Below, piece after piece: positions 27,950-42,100 of a DNA stretch of 64,000 nt. The position numbers were made by a program, and so were the translations under genes. This stretch comes from Gnetum montanum (lineage: Eukaryota > Plantae > Gnetophyta): assembly GCA_015680685.1 (NCBI GenBank), contig MNCI01000161.1, positions 74,744-138,743 on the forward strand. Reading direction: 5' to 3'. The notes beneath the pieces were generated by a model. The model worked only from the letters and a program-made list of their open reading frames with translations. It searched no databases and was not told the DNA's origin. The number at the start of each line of letters is the position of its first letter. Within the stretch, counting starts at the first letter, position 1.

Positions 27950-28880
27950 ATAATAAGGATAAGTAGACAAAGATTCAACTTGCAAACTAGTGGCTCTATG
28001 ATATTCATGGGGTAATAGTAATGAAAGAAAGAAGCATGGCTTGTAGAGCCACTAGAAGATATAAGTTGTTAAACATAATATCCATATGGGTCCAATTGAT
28101 AGTAAGGTTATTGCTACCTTGGTGGTGAAATCCCTTATGACTATGGATCTTACCATTAATGATAATGATCTTAAGGTTGAGGTGACACTTCATTAGGAAA
28201 TTACTATTTTGAACTATTACCGATAATTACCTTATGGATAAAGAAATCTTCTAGGTGATTACCTTTTTGCCAATTTTGGATTCAAGGCATAGGCCCCAAA
28301 TTCTTCCAAATTTCATAGTATAGGACAAAATTTCTTTGGATATTCATATTGGTCGATGTCAAAATATTCTTCCTCTATTTCATAATCTACAACTTCAACA
28401 ATTGCAAAAGCCTTACTTTTTTGTTCATAGTAGTCCTTTTCTATATGCTTTCTTCTCCTTCAGCTCTTATCTTAATTACCCTTATTCATTTTTCCCTCTA
28501 CAATATTTAGAAAAGTCTAAAACTTCTTATCTAAGAAGTCCTATATTTTTTCCACATTTGTCGATATCTCTATGATAGATTTTTGGATCAACAAGATTTT
28601 TCTTTATAGCAGTTCATCTAGTGGTGCTTTCTCCTCAAGATTGTAGATACGTACATCTCTTTTGTGAATGGAGGAATCTCTATTATACACATTTCCACTT
28701 TCTTTCTTTTACGATTCTTCTTCTTCTTTGGCCACTTGATAAATAATCTTTTAAGTGTGTTCCATGCATCATGTACAGTGATAATGGGTGCAATTGCATG
28801 TAGAAAATCTAGTCCATTAAAAGCACATTCATTAAAGCATGCAATCAATATACACATGAAACCAATATTCAAAAGTGTCT
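27950..28880 (-). pseudogene. Possible Ty1/Copia gag-PR remnant
   Basis: Weak motifs: LHAIAPIITVHDAWNTLKRLF (gag N-terminus-like) and KVIIGNSSK (Copia PR-like). Heavily decayed. Confidence 0.3.
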
Positions 28881-28899
28881 ATATGCAATAGCCACAAAA

Positions 28900-30058
28900 T
28901 AGGAGGGCACTCAATGATTAACATCTAACTCTCTAACAGTAACACACTATGCATGGAGACCTTTGAGAACTTGACATGTGCTTATGTTGAAGGCATGGAT
29001 AAACTTGAGAAAGTTCATCACCAACTATCTAATGATGAAAATGATTATACCTACTGGAAATAGTTGGAAATGCTTGATAATTACAAAATAAAGCCCCTAG
29101 AGTTAGAAACTCTACCAACCAACATGGTGTATGCATTTTTAATAAATGGTAAACCAGTTATAATTAATGCAAACATTGCTCATGAATAAAAAGACAAGTT
29201 GTTGGAGGTGGTCAAAAAATGACCAACAACCTTTGCTTGGTCACATCTTGAACTGATTGGAATTGATCCAAGGATATGCTAGCATTGTATCTACATCGAT
29301 CTAGCCATGAAGCCAAGAAGATAGTTGTAGAGGTGACTGAACCCTAAGTTGAAGCAAATCATCAAAGAGGAAATCGAACAACTTCTCAAGTTGGAGTTCA
29401 TCTATCCCATCATAGATAGTGAGTGGGTTAGCCCACTCATAATTGTGCCAAAGAAAAATTTACTTTAGGATGTTGAATATGGAAACATTTAAGAAACATT
29501 TTCCATTGTCATTTGTGGACCAAGTGTTGGAAACTATATCTAGGCACTGCTATTATAGATTCTTGGATGGTTATAGTGGCTATAACTAAATCTAGATAAC
29601 ACTATAAGATCAAGCCAAAAGAACATCCACAAATCCCTAGGGGACTTTTGCATATTGTAAGATGTTATTCAGTCTATGCAATGCCTCTGCAACATTTCAA
29701 CACCTAGTCCTTAGTATGTTTCAATAGCAAATTGGTAGTGGGGTAGAAGTATTTATGGATGACTTCTCTACCTATGGGTTTACATTTGAGCAAGTCCTAG
29801 ATAGCCTTGAGTAGGTGCTAAAAAGATGTGTTGAAACAAACCTTAGATTCAATTCACAAAAAATTCATTTAATGGTCTAGAAAGGCATAGTAAAAAGGCA
29901 TAAAATTACTTAGGCAAGGATTGAGGTAGACCTGAAAAGATAAGGGTCATCCAAGGAATCACATGCCAACTAGAGATAGTCAAAGATGTCCAATCATTCC
30001 TTAGACACACTAGTTACTACTAATGATTCATAGAGAATTTCTCTAACATTGCATTCTA
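28900..30058 (+). pseudogene. Athila-type reverse transcriptase
   Basis: FAWS..GIDPRIC, IYPIIDSEWVSPLIIVPKK, FLDGYSGYN, LCNASATFQ, VEVFMDDFS and VLKRCVETNL, with many stops. Confidence 0.85.
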
Positions 30059-30059
30059 A

Positions 30060-30545
30060 ATGTATACTAATACTACTAGGTTACTAAGTATTTACTATTG
30101 GGCATACCAAGTATTCACTATTGGGATTACCAAGCATTACTATATTATGCTTGAAGTGGTTGTACTCATGTTACTTATGAATTAGAAATTTAAATGCTTC
30201 AAAATAAGTATAATGAATTTAAAGTAAAATACTAAAAAATAAACTTAAACTAATCTAAGTGTTGTAATGGATACAACTGTGTCTAGGTACATATTGCACC
30301 TGAATAAAATCTCATATAATTAATTCAATCCATATTATAGGCACTCAAAGGGAAAAGTTTTCTAAGTTATATGAAAATAAATTACAAGATATTAGCTAAG
30401 GGATCAACTAAATGGTGTCATAAATGTAGCTTGTATGCATACTTATATAGGTAATGTGTGGATTAGCATTGACACACATGCACCAACACATCCTGAGATG
30501 TGTCAATGGGGTTGCATCAATGTAGTCACCTTATTGATGCTTCAT
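30060..30545 (-). repeat. Athila-like LTR fragment
   Basis: Matches 14080-14620 (TACTATTGGG.ATACCAAGTATT.ACTATTGGGATTAC). Confidence 0.65.
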
Positions 30546-30559
30546 AATAGATGATATAG

Positions 30560-31950
30560 ATGTTATATATCAAAGGGCTTCCAATAGAGAAGTAAATCAA
30601 GCTAAAGAGGAAGTAGAAGGATAGTTGAGAAGAAGTTTACTAATGAAGCTTCCAACATCATTATGCCATAACCCCATAGTAGAACTATGTTGATGGCAAG
30701 AGAGCCAAGATCATCTACTAGCTAAGGATTTCTTTGAAGAACACATAGCTATAATAGAGGAAAATTATTTTTCTTGAAAGCTTGATAGCCCAAAGGAAGC
30801 TTTTCCTAATGAAAAATTCTCTTTGTATAATGCTGAATTTTTCATAGAGTTCAAAGAACAAGAAAAGCTAGAATTAAGATAATAAAAAATAAGGAAAAAA
30901 ACAAATGTTATTGTAGTAGCAATAGTTAAAGTAGAAAAAATTAGAAAAACAATAGTTAGAGTAGTAACAAAAGCTCCTAGAATAAGAATTACTAAAACAA
31001 GATGAGTGCTCAACCCCTGAATCATCATAACTAGCCTTAACTATTTTATGAAAGGAGTTACAAGAACTTTTAAAGTAAAAGAAAAGAAAGGAAGGATCAT
31101 TTTAAGTCAAAAATAAGAAACCAAGCCAGAAATTAAATCTAGTGTTATCTTTTCATACAATGAAGATGACCCATTTATATGATGGCAAAAGCTTGTTATG
31201 TCACATTAGGACATGGCTAAAGCCATAGTTATTTTGTTTAAAGACATGGAATAGGTGATAGATAACTAAATTTTCAAGCTTGAATAATTCTTGATTTAGA
31301 ATAAGAAGGAGATAGCAAGACTGAAAGATGAAATCAAAGATTATAAGAAGTTGAGTGAGTAGATGAAAGAAAAATCCTAATAAAGAAATATTTATTAAAA
31401 AATACAAAACAAGCTTATCGATAGCTAGAAGAGGTTTTAGCTAGTGTGAGCTTGTAATTAGAAGAGAATAGATGAAGAGCTAATTTCTTAGTTAAAATTT
31501 CTAAAGAAATGAACAAAATAAGTTAGCATAGAGATTGAAGAAGTTAAGTGGAATAAGGGCTTTTATGAAAAAATTGATCAAAGAGCTTAAAATCCTATCA
31601 TGACAACTACATAAATGATGGACAAATTATCATACTCTAAAAGAGATTTTCTAGGTAGTACAATGATGGCAGTAATTAAAGTGATGATTGAAATTAATCA
31701 AAAGCAAGTTTAGTTCAAGCAAGCTTATACAATGGTGAAAGCAATATTAAATGAATTAGCCAATTCATTATTAGATTTAGGACATAATGATTTAAGTGTT
31801 AAGAAAGTTATCAAAAAGCAAGCTAATTAGAACCTAACAAGTTGAATCAAATAGTCAAGGTTATCTACAACTATGGAAAAATATCTCAACAACTATTAAT
31901 AGAAGGCCAACAAATATAGATGATGAAGATGGCCTTTGGGACCTTCCATA
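30560..31950 (+). pseudogene. Decayed coiled-coil accessory ORF of unknown element
   Basis: Purine-rich strand with E/K-rich translation fragments and many TAG/TAA stops. No diagnostic motif. Confidence 0.25.
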
Positions 31951-34399
31951 AACTATCAATTAGTTTGACTTTGTATGAAGAAATTCTTAAATTAATTAAT
32001 CCATAAATAGAATAGGTTAGTGTAGCTATTGTAATTGCTTAAGTGGATCTATAAAGCATGATGTGAATTTGTAACTAAAAAAGGATGAGGAAGAATTTAT
32101 TACAAAAAAAAAGAGAGAGAAGAAGCTTGTAAAAGGAGACTCTAATATAATGACAATTTAAGCAATTTTTTCTTTCCATTTTAGCTTATCATTCAATCTG
32201 GTATCTCTTTTATATCTTTTTGGTCCTTCATCTAAGTTTACACATTATTATATTTCACTAAAATAGCTATTTTGAAATGAGCTATTTTATTTTCTTATAA
32301 GACTTTATTTTATTTGTATTACATTTCTTGAATAAGATAGCTTATTTAAGTGTTCATTTTGAATAAGCATAATATAAAATGTTATTTCAAATCTAAAATA
32401 TGAGATTTTAAATAATTAATATTTTTCTTAAGGTCTTGGCTCTTTATGACATTACTTTTGCAACATATTTGGCTTTTAAAAATTATGTAACTAGATGATG
32501 TAGATTTCTAGAATGGTATTTTTTATGAAATTATTTGTTTTCTATTATAATAATTGTAAGATCTAGAACTCAATGATTGTGAAAAATATTAAGGATTATT
32601 GGCTAATGTTGCAAATATTTAAAAGAGGAAGCTACCTATTAAGTATCATAAGAAAAATACTCATAACACTTTCTAGTAAAATTAAAATGTATATAAATTA
32701 AGTCATTAGCTTAATAGTCTAACTGAGGATATTTGCAGGTATCTATGCCTTGGTAGATCCATAGGCCAACAACCACCTAAAATGAGTGAATATAGTATTT
32801 AAAGAGGATCATTTTCCTACTCTAAGAAATGCATTCTATGTTTTATATTTTTTGAACTTATATTTACTTTTAATTTTAATTTATATTTTATAAGGCTCTA
32901 TTTATTTTTCTCCATCCTAATTAATACCAAAGAATCCACACTTCATAATCCACTCTAAAGACATCTAAACAAGATATCAAATAAATCTATGAATACCAAA
33001 TCATATTTATAACACATCCAAGAGATTACATAAGCATAATGAAACATGCCTTCTAGCTCTATAAATCCAAAATATGAAACATCATAATCATAAATATCAC
33101 ATACTATGTCAAGCAGTCCGATGATCCCTACATGCATAATGTCCTAACCATAATGAATATAATAAACATCATAACATGATCTACTAAACAACTTTAATGT
33201 CGTAACAATAAATGCATAACATAACAAACATATGGATCAAGGTCATACCTCTCAAGTCTCTAGTCTTCATCCCCTCCTACTAGCCACAATCATTTACCTA
33301 ACTCATCTAGCAAGATTAGAGTGCATAACCATGGTAATCATATGATCATAATCACATAGATATAAGATATCAATAAATATGTCATTGATGAGCAATGGAG
33401 TATCCAACACCCAACCACATAAGATATGAGTGTTCATGCATAATCCCAATCAAACTCTGTAAATAAGACAATGTGATTATGCTAGTAATTGATTAGCATT
33501 CATGATCATTGTCTTCCCATGTGAGGTAGTAAAATCTGTGCGTATAGTTTAACTCATGGTCAGGTATATGATACTAATGTTGTATTGACGATTATGCTCC
33601 TAATAAATATGAAGTGAAGGTAAAAGTTTCTAAATCCATGTAATAGTAAAACAAATCTAAACTAGCCTTTACGATGAGTAGCTGGTCTTGATCTTCTAGT
33701 CACACCTTGGACTTTGTGCAACTACTAGTGGAATTACCAAGTACTACACTACAAGACATACTAAGTGATAGTACTATTGGGTTACCAAGTAGTTACATTG
33801 ACATGCTCAAGATTAGTCGTACTCATTCCACTTAATGACATTAAAAGTAAATTGCAAGTAATTGTAAACATTAACTATGAAAATAGTAAATAGTAAACTA
33901 ATTAAAAATAAAAAAACTAAGTGTTGCTACAATGATGAAAAGTAATCTCGATCTTTATTTTTGGTCATGCAATGCTTCCAAGTACATCACACTCGAATAA
34001 AGACTTCCTTCAATCACTTAACATCACATTGCAGGCATACACTGCTAAGTACTAAATTCAAGAAAATAAATTAAAAGAGTTTTATTACAAAGTTATCCAA
34101 TCCCCTCCAAATCTGTGTGTCCTAAGTGTTACTTATATAGGCTAACATGCATCCTGCAATATCATTTATATGATAATGTATGGTTAGATACAATAATGTA
34201 TCTACAACATTATAGATACGATATCATAACTACGATATTGTTAGCTTAAAATTTTTGAATTTATCATACCCTCATGACTAACTAAAAATTCATCCTTGAT
34301 CTTAAAACAGAATGAGGATGGAATCCTTACAAAATTGGGAGCTAGATCTACATGACACTGACTTCTATATACATGACTCTCTAGTGTTACAATGGAGTT

Positions 34400-37153
34400 T
34401 ACAAAAATGAACACATGACATGACAATTTTGACAAAGAATGAAAAAAAAAATCTGGCAAGGTTGAATGTAGCCTTATGTTGTTCTAAGTGGAGGTGGATC
34501 TTCCATAGGTTTCTTTTCCTTGTCATCAAGCTTCTCTTTTTCCATTCTTGGATCATGGACCATCCATGCTGATGAACCAATGTGGGATGAATTTGGCACA
34601 TTCCATGGACATGGCACTTGTGGAAACATCTTATTGGCTTTAATGTACCACACCGCAAATTTTCATCTCTCTTCTTCAAAAGCTCTAGCCTTTTCTCTAA
34701 GTTCATGATAGTCTATTAAACTTTAATCCAGATTCGCTACTACATCCTTTTACCCCTGGTAACCAACCTTAACTACTTCTAGTTCTAAGTTTGCTACTTG
34801 AAGTTTCTATAGAGCATCTTTTATATTTGCAAACTCCTCATATAAAGCATAAGTGGCTACTACCTATTGTTCTAGTTCATTTTGGGCTTGCTTACTATTA
34901 ACATGGCCAAATTATCATATCAAAGGTTTACTAATGCCATGTATTCTTTTAAGTCTTCTATCTGTAGGCCTTTATTTTTCACTTCCTCTTGATAGGTTTG
35001 GGAGATGCTATTCAAGATGGATTGCCAATCAAGATTTTGTGCTACAACCAAACTAATTTTGGCCTTTGCCATCTAAATCTCTTTCTCATTTATCTATTTA
35101 TACATGCCCACTTGATCTTAGAAGTGTTCTTTGAGCCTTTCATGTTTCTTACCCTCATTTTGCCATGCACTAATTTTGATAGCTAGTTTCTATTAGATGG
35201 CCCATACCTCCTCCATAGAGAGGGTTCAATTTTCTCTTACAAGGTGGCTCATATCTTGGTTGACCTTCATTAGCTACTCTCTCAACTGATGAATGCTTTC
35301 TTCTAGAGTGTTTTCTGCTTTTCTACTATGGTCAACCTCATGTTGTTTGCAGTGGGTTATTCATTTTCTTCTTGTAAGGTAGCAAGTGCTCTGGCATGCG
35401 CATATGATTGGGCTACAACTACTAAAGCATTCCATGCTACCTTTTCTTTCTCATCTATTATATCTTTATTATTCTTAAGGAGGAAATTGATCTACTCAAT
35501 TTTGAATTGTGCCATCTAGTCTAGTGGTATGAACTAAGTTAGATCTCTCCTTTTGACCCTCAAGGCTATAAGATCTTTGTAATCAATGAAGCTTATTCTC
35601 AGCATGTTTTGTCCTAGTTTCAACCATGATTAATTTTTCTTTTGTGGTTATTAATTTAGACTATGTTGTAGTGATATCACTAGAAATATTAAATAGATTT
35701 TTCATAACGTGTCTTATCTACAATAGTCTATACAACACCTCTTCATGTTCTACAAGAGTCATAGAGGTACTAGCTATTGTTTGAGCATCTTTGGCTCTAG
35801 AAATATTAGTTGGTGGCACAATAGGTACATTAAAGAATTATTTAATATGATCTGTGCTCACTTCTATGGCTCCGGCTGCATCATGGTGCTACAAGACCAT
35901 AACTGTGGCTCCTTCTCCTAATTCAAACACCACTTGGAATGATGTAGCATTCTCAAAAATCTATTGTGACCACTAGGCCTCTCCTCCTAACTATAGCAAT
36001 ATCTATGCATTGGTAGGATTGGTTGAAATAATTGACCTTACTACATCATTAATAACCTTAAATAAATTAGCCTCTTCCATGCTTCCCCAACTGATGGTTT
36101 TTGCAATTTGCTGCAGATGACTCATTGAAGGTCTATAATCTTGCAATGATAATGGTGGAACTTGTGGTTGTTGTTGTTGCTATCCTATCAATTGGGTGGT
36201 CTCCTTAGTGCTTGGTTGTTCTTCTAATTGGTCCTTTTTGGGAGGCACTAGCTTTAGCATTTCAACATAGGAATCATTTTGTGTCTTTCTCAATGCATCA
36301 TTTGTATACCCTTGGATACCAGGGCATTTACATAAGGCAAAGAAATGGAAGTGTTAACTTCCTTACCTTCTTTTCTTTGAACTGCCTTTGGATTTCTGTG
36401 AAGTAGAGGTGAGCAATGTTTGCATTGATTTTTCCCATTAATCTTGCATTCCCTCTAGCTGCATATTTAAAGATTATATTTAATATTTTGGTAGGAAATA
36501 GGTGATAAGTGCTAATTTTGAAATAGATCTTTTCTTTTGCAGTTAATTCGTTGTATTCTTTATCTTCCTTGCCATACACTCACTATAACCACAACTTCTT
36601 GGAATCTATGTTAGATCTAGTTAATATCTATGCCACCTTTGCTCCTTAATTAGGTACATTTAATAGTTATGTTATTGCCTTAACTGAGCAAGATATTGAG
36701 ATTCCTTCAATTTTAATTGTAGCATCAGCTTCTCAATTTTTTCAAAACTAGAGTGTTTCTCCTAAATACCATTCTCTAATTTCTTGTTAAAGTAGGCCAC
36801 AAAGGAGATGACTAAAGTTGGGCCTTGATAGCTTCTAAAGAAAATTTCAAGAATGAACCAAAGTTAAATTCCATAAGTACTATCAACATGATGGGTTTTT
36901 CCTGAATAGCTTGAAAGCATATAGGTGATAGTGTAAGTTTTTGTCCCTAGACAAGTATTACTAGAACATCTGCTTATGCTTGAGTTGATTGCTTTTTGGT
37001 AGGAGTTTGTTGATGAATGCTGAAGGATTATGCTTCTTGTTCTTTTTGTTCTATTTATGGATTTTTCTTACTTACTTGTTCTCTTCCAAGGCCTCATGGT
37101 CTTTTGCTTACTAGTTATGGGAGTTCCCCTTGTGATCCTCTTTTTGGGGTCAT
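34400..37153 (-). pseudogene. Athila extra ('env-like') ORF, copy C
   Basis: TTGATTGTAG|ATG ACC CCA AAA AAG (MTPKKR), then ..GKINANIAHLYFTEIQRQFKEKKVRKLTLPFLCL and a coiled-coil C-terminus. Confidence 0.6.
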
Positions 37154-37916
37154 CTACAATCAATCAAGGGTTTGAAATTACTAGAATATTCTTATAAATG
37201 AGTAACAATTTAATACCTTACTCATACCCTTAGTCATATCAAGTTCTTAGTTCATTATGATTGTAGGGTTAAAATATTTTTTTCAATAACAACCCCACTA
37301 GTACTTTAAATGAGTGGTATGGTCAATTAGAAGTCTTCTTAAAGTGGTTTTGGCCTTAACACAAGTGGTTTAATTTTAAAAATTATTAATATGTTCCTTA
37401 ACTTACCCCTATAATACCTTCTAGTTGTTAGCAATTTCAAAAAAGAATCAACTCAAATATCAATGTCATAGATACAATGTCGCCATTGAAAAATTAAGAT
37501 TTCTAAAAGTTTTTCTTCGAAAAAATTGAGTCCAATAGGATAGTTGGAAGATATGCATCATGTTGAAAGGGTCTTTATATGGAGATGATGCTTTTTTTTT
37601 CAATGTTATGCTATTAGAACGAATACTATGAGTGATATGGGAAGTATTTATTATGATTTATTGAGATTGAAAGGTTCAATGTGATGTGGAATCACTTGGT
37701 AGGTATAAGATACAACAGTTATATACAAGTGGATCCTCCCCAAAGTAGGCTGCAGCCCTTAATTCCCTTGTACAACCATACCTAAAAGTGTCCTTAGGCA
37801 CTTAGGGAGTTGAATGTAACACATAACTATTTAGCAAAATACACATATTCGTATCACCAAATTTGATAAATAACTCTATGTTACCCAAAATCATAAGTTA
37901 TGATTATTCAAATAGT

Positions 37917-38383
37917 AAGATGAAATGGTATTAGAAGGGACTATAGGAATCAAGATGTGAGGTGCCTTACCATAGGCATAATAAATGCTTGTGTTTTATT
38001 AGTGGTTAAGGTAATCATTAGCCTTTTTTTCCAAGATTCAAACCAAGTCTAGACCACATTCTAGTGACATAGCATCGTTTCATCTCTTGGAATCACAATT
38101 GTAAAACTATCAATGTTAAAAGGAGTATTATCACTTGGCATATTGTCCAAGATGAAATGGTTTTAGAAGGGACTACAAGAATTGAGACGTGATGTGCCTT
38201 ACCATTGGCATAATAATTTCTTATGTTTTATTAGTGATTAAGGCAATCATTAGCCTTTTTGTCCAAGATTCAAACCAAGTCTAGACCACATTCTAGTGAT
38301 ATCGCATTATTTCCTCTCTTGGAATCATAATCGAAAGACTATCAATGTTACAAGGAGTATTGTCACTTGGTGTATTATCCAAG
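37917..38383. repeat. Tandem duplication, 232-bp unit, two copies
   Basis: Units start at 37917 and 38149 (AAGATGAAATGG) and are roughly 90% identical by eye. Confidence 0.9.
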
Positions 38384-39133
38384 GAAGGATTTTATTCATG
38401 GAACTTTATTTTTATTTTTTACATTTCTAAGAAGCCACCTACCTTCAAGCATGGGTAACATGTCTTTCTAATGGAATCCCCAAAAATTTATTCTATGCTC
38501 TTTTATTTGTTAAATGTGTCAACCTTTTTAAGGTAGCACTTATTTTCCTCTTACTCCCATTTTTTGGTAGATCTACAAGGATAGAATACAACCTTAGTAA
38601 CATGATAGATCTTGCAATAATAATCCAAAAAGAATCCACAAGTTCCCTTGATGTCACACTCTTTTCATTCCACTTAGTTCTTTGCTTTTCTATCTAGACA
38701 TAATGATCACAAGTTTATTCTTAGTTTGATAATGGAAAGAATATCATTATGGCCATGGTAAGAACCTCTTATTAATGGAATGGATGGATGAATGATGTGG
38801 GCTCACTGTGCAAATAATTAGCCTCTTATGACTTGATTCCATAGAGAAATTTTCACTTTATTAGGCTACATCTTGCCTTTATTTAAATGTGTTTTATTAA
38901 TGATCAAAACTCATTTACAAAGGGTTTGAAACAAACTATAAAGGAAATGGGAAAGATGGTAAAAATTAGGAAAAAGTATAAGAACTGAAAAATGTTAAAG
39001 AATTGAAAAATATTAAAGAATGTGAAAAATTGAAGTGAGAAAAATTGAAATAATGAGAAAAATGTAAAAGAAAATAAAAAAGCACTTATTAACTCCTATG
39101 TCATGATAGGGCATCTCCACCATAACTAAACTC

Positions 39134-42100
39134 TTAGACAAGTATTTGGAAAATGCTCCATAAATATCTTGGATCATACACTTCAGGTGGTTCTCTTACC
39201 ATCTTTAGGATTTTAACTTTATTATGATTGTTCCATGTGATCTTAATGGTAGTTAATTTTTTATCATATAAGTTCTTATTTTCCTTTCCCATTGGTATGT
39301 GTTCATGACCTAATATTTTTATTTCCAAGTCCTTATTTGAAGTCATTTTCTTCATATAGAAATTAGTAAGTGGTTCATGTGTATCCATGCATATGTTTAA
39401 GAAATCAAGGTTCTCAATTAGTAACCACAGGCTATCTTTTGGTTTTGTGACTTCTACTCTTCTTTCTGCACACATTTGTATTTTACTATTATTATGAATT
39501 ATTATGGTATTTGTGTTAGTGCTTTGAATATCTTGTAAAGTATTGCAACCTTCTATTTTAGTAGTCATGCATGGAATTCTTTGTGTATGAATGGCTCCAT
39601 GTTTGTCCTCTTTCAAGATCTCAATAGATAAATCTCTCATGCTTAGCCTAGCATCAATGATGCTAAGCCATTCCCTTCCCATGATGATTGGACATTCCTT
39701 ATCAGCATCCTTCACATTAATTTCCAAGAAGTCTACTAGGTAGGACCACCCATTGATAGTGGTCACTACATCATCAATCTATCCCAAAGGAATGGAAATA
39801 GATTGATCTTCAAGCTCCAAACTGATATTGCATTTCTTACATGGTGGTAGGTTCCATGTTTGATATGTATCGTAGGAGATTAAATTGACTCCAAAAATTG
39901 ATTCTAGCAAAGCTTTGCACAGTCAATTCCCAACTACCATAGATAGATTAAAGGAACTCCTGGGTTAATTCACTTCTAAGGGAGTCATCCTCCCTTAATC
40001 CAATCAGTAACAACTATAGTGAGCATGAAATTTTGTGTTTTTAGACTTGACGATGAAGAAAGCTTGTTAAAAGTGAGAAGATTTGTTTGAGAAGAAGATG
40101 GTCTTGATAAAGCTCTAATTCTACCAACCTTCTCTAGACTTGTCTGAAAGAAAGGAAGTTTCCTTATTTTGTCCTTAGCATTGCTAGCGAGATCTTCTAT
40201 TGGTGTATTTACTACCCTTGCAACCTTCTTTTATTACAACTATGATGGTAATTCACCCTGCATTATAGGTGGTGGCACTAGTCGCAAGGGGTTTGGATTG
40301 GGATTTGAGAGATCAACTACTTGTGAATGCACATGCGGGATTAGATTAGTTTATGGTGGAATCAGTTGGTGGTATTCTGGTAGATGATATTCTAGATTTT
40401 GAACAGTGGCATTTTCTAGTGAGATTGGACACTAGGCATAGTATTCATAAGGATTAGGTTGTTGGTATGGATACTGTTGGCATCACGATGGCATGGGTCA
40501 TGATTACATTTGCTGCCATTACTAATGGTAGTACTCCTATGGCTGCGATAAGGCTCCACTAGGATAGTACATTGGTGAGATTATCACCTATAGTTACCTT
40601 GAGGATAAGGTAACTGTTTGGGAATTTTCTTTTCATAAAGTCATTGGTTAAGTGCATATGCCCTAAATTCTTGCAAATGTACCATGACTGAACAACATCC
40701 CTTAGGATGTTTGCACTAGAACATGGTGCAAACTTCATCATTTGTGGAGCTAGTGTTTGACTACCCAGCTACTGAAGTAACTTTGTCCTTTTGTTCAAAT
40801 TCCTTCTTTTTTTTGTCTCTACCTCTATTAAGTGCTTGTTTTGCATCCTCCTCCATAATCCTTAGTGTCGTTGTACATTGTTCATCGATTGAATCCCATA
40901 TTTTTGCTACCTATGTTGCTACATCAGCAACAAATTTTTGAATTGGTAGCGTATCTTTTTTGATGACTTGATATAAGGTTTCTTCCTCTTTGGTATCACA
41001 TACCTATGCATCTTTTTTTAGATTGATAGATCCTTGTTGTATTCTTTAGCTATTTCCCTTTTTTTGAGTTCTCTTTCTTCTTTTGCCACTTGATCAATGA
41101 GCCTTTGAATCTAATGGGTGGTTAATTCTGATAGTATTCCTTGGGCATAAACCCTAAGGGTTCCTCTTGTTTTGCTTCTTAGCCCATCTATGATGTACCT
41201 TAGTTGTTCCTTTGATGAAAATCCATGGTCTTATGAGTTTCTTATTTTTAGTTCTAGATTTACTTTCTTAAGTTTGACACTCGTAAATATGTTTGATATT
41301 TATCATTGAAAATTTCAAGAATGGGACTCCAATGTCTAATGGATTCAAGTTCTAGTGACCCATACCAGCTTCCTGCTTCCTTCACAAGTGTTCTAGGAAA
41401 AAGCTTCAATTTTTTCCAGTCACTCTCTATGTTTTGAAGGGAACAAGCATCATGGAATGCTTGAAGATGATTATGGGGATAAGCGTTGTAATATCCTTCA
41501 AATTTAGGGATCTTATTCATATCAAGATGTTTGATTTAGCTATCTCTCATGTTCCTAGTTGGTATGTAGACTACTTCCTGAATGCTGATCATGTTCTATG
41601 TTTTCATAAGGGGTTCATCATCATGATCAAGTTCATTAGCTCTATGGTAGCAATGACTCCTTCTATGCTCTTGCCTTTCTTGATCCTCTCTTCTATTTTT
41701 GTGCCTTCTTCTTTCGTACTCCTCATCTTCTAAATTAGAATACCTTGTGTATCGATCATGATGAGCATGAGCTCTTCTCTTTTTCCTATCAAATTCTTGG
41801 TACTTGTATTATCTCCTATCATAGTCCTCTAATGATCATGATGAAGCAAAGGAGGTAGTAGGAGAACGATGTCGGTTGGTTTTCCTTTCATGGCTTCTGT
41901 GAGTTTCCTTGTAGGACTTAGTAGGATCCCTTGTCCTAGAGTCCCACGTGTATCTTGAGTCAATAGTCTTTCCCTTGTGTGGCTTTACCAAGGTAGAGTG
42001 AAGTTGAGCTTTGACAAGTTCTTCTAATTTGATGATAGGTGTCTTTAATGCCTCCTCATGGTTCTGGTGGAGTTGTTTAGAAATAAACTAATCAGCATCA

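Noticed and set aside
32900-33480. Possible further LTR with PBS-Met-like TTAATACCA on the minus strand
   Set aside because: No partner LTR, clear termini or coding sequence. Too decayed to support.
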